From Candidatus Poribacteria bacterium (lineage in GTDB: Bacteria > Poribacteria > WGA-4E > PCPOR2b): 64,000 nucleotides of DNA. The notes beneath the pieces are model-generated. The model ran no database searches, was not told the origin of the DNA, and worked only from the letters and a program-made list of their open reading frames with translations. Where the stretch lies: assembly GCA_965116925.1 (NCBI GenBank), contig OZ220744.1:5056001-5120000 (forward strand), read 5' to 3'. The position numbers were made by a program, and so were the translations under genes. Shown piece by piece: positions 57,787-64,000 of the stretch. Numbering within the stretch: position 1 is the first letter of the stretch; each line of letters starts with the position of its first letter.

Positions 57787-59349
57787 TCAATGCGCGGAAA
57801 AAGCATCCTCCTGAACCAATCGATTGTGGGTTGAAACAACCAAATCCGGTATCGTCGAGTCACTGCTATCTGTGGGAATAATCTGGGGATCGGGTGGAAT
57901 AACCGGGCGAATAATGTGACGTTCTTGCAACTGTTCCCGCGCATCCATTATCCACCCAAATCCTCTAAAAATATAGGTAAGTAGTGTTCGATCTAATTCA
58001 TGGATACCCAACGCCTCTTGAACCGCCCAACCGCCGAAATCTGTGTTTGGTGTCAAACGAAGTGGCGGATCGTTTTCTCGTCCCGGCTTAATCACGCCTT
58101 CGACAAACGCAATCTGATAAATCCGTTGAATCATACCCAGCCGCTGCTTCTGCTTATCGTCAAGCGTGAGATCCCCACTATCTATTGCCTGCAAAACGGG
58201 CTCAATGTAAATTGCAGGTCTCGGATCTTGCTGAATTTCGTCAACCCTACCGGCAGCAGCAATTTCGGGGTGACCAAACGTTGGAATCCCACCGCCGAGC
58301 ACTTCGTTCCGGATAGCTGCTTCACGCTTTTCTGTAGGAAGTTGTTCAAGTGTATTGATAAAGTGAGTTATATCGTGAATTGCGCCAAAATGTCGATCTC
58401 CGTCAAGGTTCATGTGGGCAGCGGTCAAGAAGTCGGAAACAGAAGGGGTATGTAACGTTGCCATGTATCGAGCAACCATGTTGGATCCTGCCGATCCGTG
58501 ATGGGTTTGTATGATTCCCATGCGTTCCAAGGCTTTGTTCTCAACTTCATTGGCACGGTGGCCCAGCAGAAGACTGTAGCAGGTCTGAAACGCCGTTTTC
58601 CCTGCGTTCTCCTCTTCGGTGATAAGTGCGTCCGTTTGGCGGACGAGCTGCTCTGTACTTAAATTCGCACTCGTTTCCAGTAGACCGCGCATATAAGTTG
58701 ACATCACCCCCACTGCGACATTTTCTATATGCGTTCCAATCATTTGAAGTAGAAGGCGGCCCTCGCGCCTTTCATCGTTCAACCCACGCTCTGGGATCCG
58801 GTTTTTTGCTCGATTCGCTTTCCTAAACGTCGAAAAATGCTGAATTGCAAGCTCCGGTCCCGACTCTGGGAAAGTCTGCACAAAATTAGCAACCTGCTCG
58901 ATTAGCGACTTGCGCCCCGAAGGATCTTCCCTGATAACCCTTCTGACTCGATAAAACTTGCGGTTAATCAGTGCCCTAAGCACTGCCTCTTCATCCAAAC
59001 CGTTCTGAACCTTTTCGGGTATTCTGCCGAACAGCCCAACAAAGATTACATACGCAGGCGCAAGTCCACCTGCGACAATTTCACTCTCTTGAAGCACACC
59101 GCGAAGGGCAAAACTACGGATATTCAGCGTTATATCTGTACCAGCGCAATCAACTTTTGCGCGATGTAAAACTGGATTTGCGAAGACATTCGTTGACTGA
59201 GGCATAGTGCTAAACGCTGTGAGGGCACTTGTGATGTCCTGTTCATCCAATTGCCCCGCGGTTTGCAACGCATCCGTCACCGGGCTGTAGGTTGAGGTTT
59301 CAGGGAGCGCTGAAAACATCTTGCGCATGGCTGCTATCTTCTGTGCCAT
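57787..59349 (-). CDS. Highly divergent citrate synthase-fold protein
   Basis: HHGSAGS, RHFGA, PTFGHP, QDPR, PNTDF and RGFGW...EQ...IIRP appear in citrate synthase motif order. Confidence 0.7.
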   Translation of the reverse strand: MAQKIAAMRKMFSALPETSTYSPVTDALQTAGQLDEQDITSALTAFSTMPQSTNVFANPVLHRAKVDCAGTDITLNIRSFALRGVLQESEIVAGGLAPAYVIFVGLFGRIPEKVQNGLDEEAVLRALINRKFYRVRRVIREDPSGRKSLIEQVANFVQTFPESGPELAIQHFSTFRKANRAKNRIPERGLNDERREGRLLLQMIGTHIENVAVGVMSTYMRGLLETSANLSTEQLVRQTDALITEEENAGKTAFQTCYSLLLGHRANEVENKALERMGIIQTHHGSAGSNMVARYMATLHTPSVSDFLTAAHMNLDGDRHFGAIHDITHFINTLEQLPTEKREAAIRNEVLGGGIPTFGHPEIAAAGRVDEIQQDPRPAIYIEPVLQAIDSGDLTLDDKQKQRLGMIQRIYQIAFVEGVIKPGRENDPPLRLTPNTDFGGWAVQEALGIHELDRTLLTYIFRGFGWIMDAREQLQERHIIRPVIPPDPQIIPTDSSDSTIPDLVVSTHNRLVQEDAFSAH

Positions 59350-59650
59350 TAAAAAAATCTCCTTAATTGAGGGCTAATCAGAACTAGGAGTGTGGAGTGC
59401 TGTGGCAGGAATGACTCTTTGCTCGAATTGCTTGCTTCAATGATATACGGTGCTGCAGTTCTATTTTTGTATGGCTGCGGGTCGTTCATTTCTACTATAA
59501 AAGAGAAGATTTCCTCAATGCTTAACTGGTAGATGCTATGTCTAGTTATAGGTTGTTGCAATTACAACTAGGCAAAGTCAAGTGACGTATTTGCGGCATA
59601 CCTATCATCTCAAGTGGCAAGGACAATTGATCGTTTGTTCAATCTATGCT

Positions 59651-59680
59651 ATTGTAGCAAACATATCCCTATAAAGTCAA
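59651..59680 (-). promoter_or_regulatory. sigma70 promoter for the TCA cluster
   Basis: TTGACT-18 bp-TACAAT with extended TG on the minus strand. Confidence 0.55.
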
Positions 59681-59859
59681 GGCAAAACAAGGAAACGGCG
59701 CGGCGACAAATTGTGGCACGAATTGTCCTAGGATTTATCAGAAAGATAAAAAAAATGCTGTCGCTGATACACTGCCCTGCCGGAAATTGATCCACGAAGT
59801 AGCGACTTAAATCTTCATCAAGAGTGCTGACAAAAAGAGGCGAAAAACAGTATACTTTA

Positions 59860-60063
59860 TAGGACTTACGCAGTTGAACGGTCAAAGCCCTGTAGCTCGG
59901 CGATTCATCGCCGTAGGATATCGTTTCCAACGCCCGATGAATCCCCGATTTATCGGGACAGGCGGGCAACTACAGTCGGGACAAAGGTTTGTAGTAGGGC
60001 GATTTATCGCCCGTCCGTACGCGCAATGAACGCGCTACTACAAACTGAAGTGCGTAACTTCTA
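59860..60063. mobile_element. 204-bp MITE-like element containing two REPIN-like REP pairs
   Basis: TIRs TAGGACTTACGCA / TGCGTAACTTCTA; internal inverted GTAG...CTAC REP pairs. Confidence 0.75.
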
Positions 60064-60094
60064 ACTTTAATTATCTTTCTCTATTCGGACGGGT

Positions 60095-60955
60095 ATGCAA
60101 ATGGTTAAAGGTTATTTATTTCTTGACGAATTGGCGTTCATTTCAGATCGATTGCGGACTATTTTTAAGAGATGTGCCAATGATGCAGCAGCCCAAATCT
60201 CTTTCAAAGACTTCCAACAATTTCGGAAGCAACTCTGCACATGGGATGCAGCTTTTATAAAGCCCCCTATGTCGTTGGTTTCCACCTGTCATATAGAAGT
60301 ATTAAGCGATTTCTACCGACGTAAGTTAGATTTCTCTGTCTTTCAAGGGTTTGATACAGCGGATCAGGAGCGAATTCAGAGCGAAATTTCTGCATACGCC
60401 GCCCGCGAAGTGCTCGATGCCCTCATCGGTTATCGGTTACGAAACTGGGCATCAATCGGTCTACAGTCTCCCAAATGGGAACTTTACCAAAGTCTCGTTC
60501 AAGATTACTACGAACGAACCATTTCTCAAGAGAGACGTGAGCGGATTGAAGCGGTTGAAGGTGCCCTTGCGGAAACGACGAACTTAACGCCAGCGGCAAT
60601 CCGTGCTAGATGTGTTGGAGAACTGTTCTTTGAGGTGGATGAGATTCGATTGATGTCTGAGTTTCGACTGGATAAATACTTAGAAGGAGTTTGCCGACAA
60701 ATCGCTGGACGGAGAGAACCGGGGGGAAGGAGACATCAGCAATTAAATATGCCGGATGCACTACGAGACAGTTTTCAGTTTTTTGGCTTGACCTATCCGA
60801 CTGACCTGAATGCGTTAAGGGAACGCTATCGTCAACTTGCGTTAAGCTATCATCCGGATAAAGGTGGGAGTCTTGAAATGATGCAGCAGCTTAACACCGC
60901 ATATCGACGAATTTCAGATTATTTGCGTCAAGCAGAAACAGACCCGCTTTCATAA
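60095..60955 (+). CDS. Protein with C-terminal J-domain
   Basis: FFGL....DL.ALRERYRQLALSYHPDKGG...MQQLN.AY. Confidence 0.85.
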   Translation: MQMVKGYLFLDELAFISDRLRTIFKRCANDAAAQISFKDFQQFRKQLCTWDAAFIKPPMSLVSTCHIEVLSDFYRRKLDFSVFQGFDTADQERIQSEISAYAAREVLDALIGYRLRNWASIGLQSPKWELYQSLVQDYYERTISQERRERIEAVEGALAETTNLTPAAIRARCVGELFFEVDEIRLMSEFRLDKYLEGVCRQIAGRREPGGRRHQQLNMPDALRDSFQFFGLTYPTDLNALRERYRQLALSYHPDKGGSLEMMQQLNTAYRRISDYLRQAETDPLS

Positions 60956-60958
60956 GTC

Positions 60959-61555
60959 TCAGCCAAAGATTGCATCCACGTTCAGTCGGAAGTCTATAAT
61001 GGCTTCACTACGGACGGTTTCGCCGAGACCATAGAGACCTACCCGCTCGGATTTCTCCGCTGATAGACGCAAGACTTCAACCGAGCGGGTTTCCCGACCG
61101 ACCAGCCAACACTCTTTGACACCAATCCGTTGATAATCTGTCAATTTTCCAGTTAGCACCTTTTTTGTATCCGAAGGTGAAAGCACCTCGATGACCAAAT
61201 CCAGGGTAATCTCAAGGAGCTGCAATCCTTCAAGGTCATCAAGACTGGTGCCGGGCAGTTTGTCTTTGCAGATAAACAGCACATCAGGTTGGCGCGTTCG
61301 TAACGGGTCACGTTGGAGGATAATATCAACCGGCGCAAAGAGCACCACACCAAGTTCTTTTGTTTTCACATACTGACTTAGTGGACTAAAGATATTCGCA
61401 CCTATTATTTGATGGGCGGGGACCGGGACCGGAGAAGGCACCATCTCTCCATCAATGATTTCATACGGGTGATGGAGTTCGGGCATCAGCAGGTAGTCCG
61501 CAAGGGTGATGTGCTTTTTCTTCAATGCCTCTAGAGTGGTTGGCATCACAGGCAT
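60959..61555 (-). CDS. Uma2/DUF820 family endonuclease-fold protein
   Basis: YEIIDG..V.SP....HQ, QPDV, IEVLSPS and K..DY...GV.E.WLV motifs. Confidence 0.9.
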   Translation of the reverse strand: MPVMPTTLEALKKKHITLADYLLMPELHHPYEIIDGEMVPSPVPVPAHQIIGANIFSPLSQYVKTKELGVVLFAPVDIILQRDPLRTRQPDVLFICKDKLPGTSLDDLEGLQLLEITLDLVIEVLSPSDTKKVLTGKLTDYQRIGVKECWLVGRETRSVEVLRLSAEKSERVGLYGLGETVRSEAIIDFRLNVDAIFG

Positions 61556-61573
61556 ATTGGCGTACATCCAATC

Positions 61574-61610
61574 AAAAAAAGCCGGCAATTAGAGTAGGAC
61601 TGCCGGCTTT
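61574..61610 (-). terminator. Rho-independent terminator after gltD
   Basis: AAAGCCGGCA...TGCCGGCTTTTTTT on the minus strand. Confidence 0.8.
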
Positions 61611-61653
61611 ATCATTAGGTTTCATATAGACATTGTGGGATAGCTGCCCTATC

Positions 61654-63150
61654 TCACGGCAAATCTGTTGACCCCATTAGATACCGATCCGCTTCACGGG
61701 CGGCGCCGCGCCCCTCTTTGAACGCCCAAACAACAAGGCTCTGCCCACGCCGCATGTCACCCGCAGCAAATACACCGGGGATGCTGGTCGCGTATTTATC
61801 CTCTTCCGCTTTAACGTTGGAACGTTCATCCCGCTCGATGTCCAATTCTTCTAGAATGGTGTCTTCGGGACCGAGGAAACCCATTGCCAAGAGGACTAAG
61901 TCGGCGGGCCAAACTTTCTCAGTACCTTCGATCGGCTTGGGGAAAGGACGCCCACCATCCCCCGGAACCCATTCGACCTCGGCGGTATGCAGTTCTTTTA
62001 CATGCCCCTTTTCGTCGCCGACGAATTTCATGGTGTTGATAAGGTAGATGCGCGGATCCGCCCCAAATTTGGCGGCGGCTTCTTCCTGCCCATAATCGAG
62101 TTCGTAAACCCGTGGATACTCGGGCCACGGATTATTGGGGGCGCGTTCATCGGGTGGACGTTCTAGAATTTCAAACTGGGTGAGGCTTTTGCACCCGTGG
62201 CGCATCGAGGTTCCCACACAGTCGGTGCCCGTATCACCACCGCCGATGACGATGACATGTTTGTCTTTAGCGGAGATATAATTCCCATCTTCGTGATTGG
62301 AATCAAGGAGGCTTTTGGTGTTTGCGTGAAGGAACGGCACAGCAAAATGGATGCCTTCCAAATCTCGACCTTCGATGGGGAGATCTCGCGGCTTGGTGGC
62401 ACCGCCGCAGAGAACAACCGCATCGAATCCGTCAACTAACTCGTTAGCTGAGATATCTTTGCCGACTTCGGTGTTGGTAACAAAATTGACCCCTTCCGCT
62501 TCCATTAAGTCGATGCGACGTTGGACGACCCTTTTTTTATCTAGTTTCATGTTGGGGATACCGTACATCAATAGTCCACCAATACGGTCGGCACGCTCGT
62601 AAACTGTGACAAGATGACCTGCCCTGTTAAGTTGTGCAGCGCACGACAGACCCGCCGGACCAGACCCCACGACCGCAACACGTTTACCTGTACGTCTGGC
62701 GGGTGGTTCAGGAACGACCCAACCTTCCTCCCAACCCTTATCGATGATCGAAACCTCAATATTTTTAATTGTCACCGGCGGCTCAATCATACCCAAAACG
62801 CAAGCACCCTCGCAAGGTGCCGGACACACCCGCCCTGTGAACTCAGGGAAGTTATTGGTTTTATGCAGCCGTTCTAACGCCTCTTTCCACAGGCCACGAT
62901 AGATGAGGTCATTCCACTCCGGTATCAGATTGTTGATCGGACAGCCCGATGCAGCCGGACTATTCTCCGGCAATCGCATCCCTGTATGACAGAACGGGAT
63001 GCCACAATCCATACAGCGCGCCCCTTGCGTCTGAAGTTTTTCTACAGTAAAATGTTCGTGAAATTCGTTCCAGTCTTTGATCCGTTCTAATGGTGAACGA
63101 TCGGGCGGAAGTTCTCTATCATACTCCATAAATCCCGTTGGTTTTGCCAT
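61654..63150 (-). CDS. gltD: Glutamate synthase small subunit
   Basis: [35 protein letters not shown] and [10 protein letters not shown] motifs. Confidence 0.96.
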   Translation of the reverse strand: MAKPTGFMEYDRELPPDRSPLERIKDWNEFHEHFTVEKLQTQGARCMDCGIPFCHTGMRLPENSPAASGCPINNLIPEWNDLIYRGLWKEALERLHKTNNFPEFTGRVCPAPCEGACVLGMIEPPVTIKNIEVSIIDKGWEEGWVVPEPPARRTGKRVAVVGSGPAGLSCAAQLNRAGHLVTVYERADRIGGLLMYGIPNMKLDKKRVVQRRIDLMEAEGVNFVTNTEVGKDISANELVDGFDAVVLCGGATKPRDLPIEGRDLEGIHFAVPFLHANTKSLLDSNHEDGNYISAKDKHVIVIGGGDTGTDCVGTSMRHGCKSLTQFEILERPPDERAPNNPWPEYPRVYELDYGQEEAAAKFGADPRIYLINTMKFVGDEKGHVKELHTAEVEWVPGDGGRPFPKPIEGTEKVWPADLVLLAMGFLGPEDTILEELDIERDERSNVKAEEDKYATSIPGVFAAGDMRRGQSLVVWAFKEGRGAAREADRYLMGSTDLP

Positions 63151-63174
63151 GCTGTCTCCTTGAATCCTATCTTT

Positions 63175-64000
63175 CTAAGCTGCCTCTTCAGCAGCGACGC
63201 CGCGCCGAAACGCCTCTAGCCAAGCGTCCTCTCCCTCAAATCCTTCTGTTTGTGCTTCTTCGAGCGCGTCAAGAATCCGTTTATAGTCTTGCGGCATGAC
63301 CTTGACGAATTGGGGGAGCGTATTCTCCCAGTTCTCCAAAATTTCTAACGCAAGTGTACTCCCGGTATATTCGGCGTGCCGCTGAATCATCCCTTTGATC
63401 TCCAAGATCTCCACCGGATCCTCCAACCGTTCAAGGTCGCACTGTTCCTGATTACAGCGGATATGGAAATCACCATCACGGTCAAGTACATAGGCAATCC
63501 CACCGGACATCCCACCGGCGAAATTACGCCCCGTTTTGCCCAGAACAACGACCCTACCGCCCGTCATATACTCACAGCCGTGATCTCCCACAGCTTCGAC
63601 GACCGCGCGAACTCCGCTGTTCCGAACACAGAATCGCTCGCCAGCCATGCCGCAGATATAGGCTTCACCGTTCGTCGCTCCGTAGAAGGCAACGTTACCG
63701 ATAATGATGTTCTCCTCTGGCTTGAATACAGATTTTTTAGGCGGATAAACAATCAACTTGCTGCCGCAAAGCCCTTTTCCGAAATAGTCATTTGCATCGC
63801 CCTCAAGGCGGAACGTAACACCCGGAGGTGTAAACGCACCAAAGGATTGGCCCGCAGACCCTTCAAAATGAATATCAACGGTATCGTCAGGCAGCCCCTC
63901 AGGACCATGACGGCGAGTCAGTTCGCTACCTAATATTGTTCCAACAACCCGATTGGTATTCTTAATGGAGAAGGATCCCGTAACCTTTGTCCCATCCCGT
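63175..64000 (-). CDS. gltB: Glutamate synthase large subunit, C-terminal part (runs off window end)
   Basis: [15 protein letters not shown]...[10 protein letters not shown]...[11 protein letters not shown]...[11 protein letters not shown]. Confidence 0.96.
   Translation of the reverse strand, partial: RDGTKVTGSFSIKNTNRVVGTILGSELTRRHGPEGLPDDTVDIHFEGSAGQSFGAFTPPGVTFRLEGDANDYFGKGLCGSKLIVYPPKKSVFKPEENIIIGNVAFYGATNGEAYICGMAGERFCVRNSGVRAVVEAVGDHGCEYMTGGRVVVLGKTGRNFAGGMSGGIAYVLDRDGDFHIRCNQEQCDLERLEDPVEILEIKGMIQRHAEYTGSTLALEILENWENTLPQFVKVMPQDYKRILDALEEAQTEGFEGEDAWLEAFRRGVAAEEAA

Noticed and set aside
59714..59730. TGGCACG as a sigma54 -24 box
   Set aside because: No TTGC at the -12 position (it reads GTCC)
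59349..59969. ORFs 59349-59561 and 59649-59969
   Set aside because: No recognisable motifs; they span promoter and repeat DNA and are probably spurious
60959..61555. Uma2 gene as part of a restriction or defence system
   Set aside because: Solitary; the family is commonly expanded as stand-alone paralogs and has no partner genes here

Overview
Bacterial chromosomal window (GC about 50%), mostly minus-strand coding. A secreted protein ending in a WGxIK motif and the style of the intergenic repeats suggest Candidatus Poribacteria (inference, not proven). The core is a roughly 32-kb co-directional respiratory cluster. It runs nuoA-B-C-D-E-F-G-H-J-K-L-M-N (no nuoI) and continues after a 10-bp gap into atpZ-I-B-E-F-H-A-G...D-C. 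A sigma70 promoter and a Rex-like operator precede it. The cluster is interrupted by cargo: a Na+/H+ antiporter coupled to nuoM, an ABC pair, an MNT-HEPN TA pair, a DUF5678-like/aspartyl protease pair, a DddK/DddW-like cupin, a TPP enzyme and a lipoprotein. The flanks carry valS (partial), a hicB-hicA pair, UbiA, LOG, oxidoreductases, comF, an NtrC-type regulator, an amidase, larC split by an A9 -1 frameshift, mdh, an icd-like gene, a very divergent citrate-synthase-fold gene, and gltD/gltB (partial). Intergenic DNA holds nested MITE/REP elements, tiny palindromic insertions, IS200/IS605-like mini-ends and 7-8-mer tandem repeats. A hairpin-rich non-coding stretch of about 650 nt lies upstream of a small wHTH gene. 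No rRNA, tRNA or CRISPR array was seen. All family calls are by eye and from recalled motifs; no searches were run.
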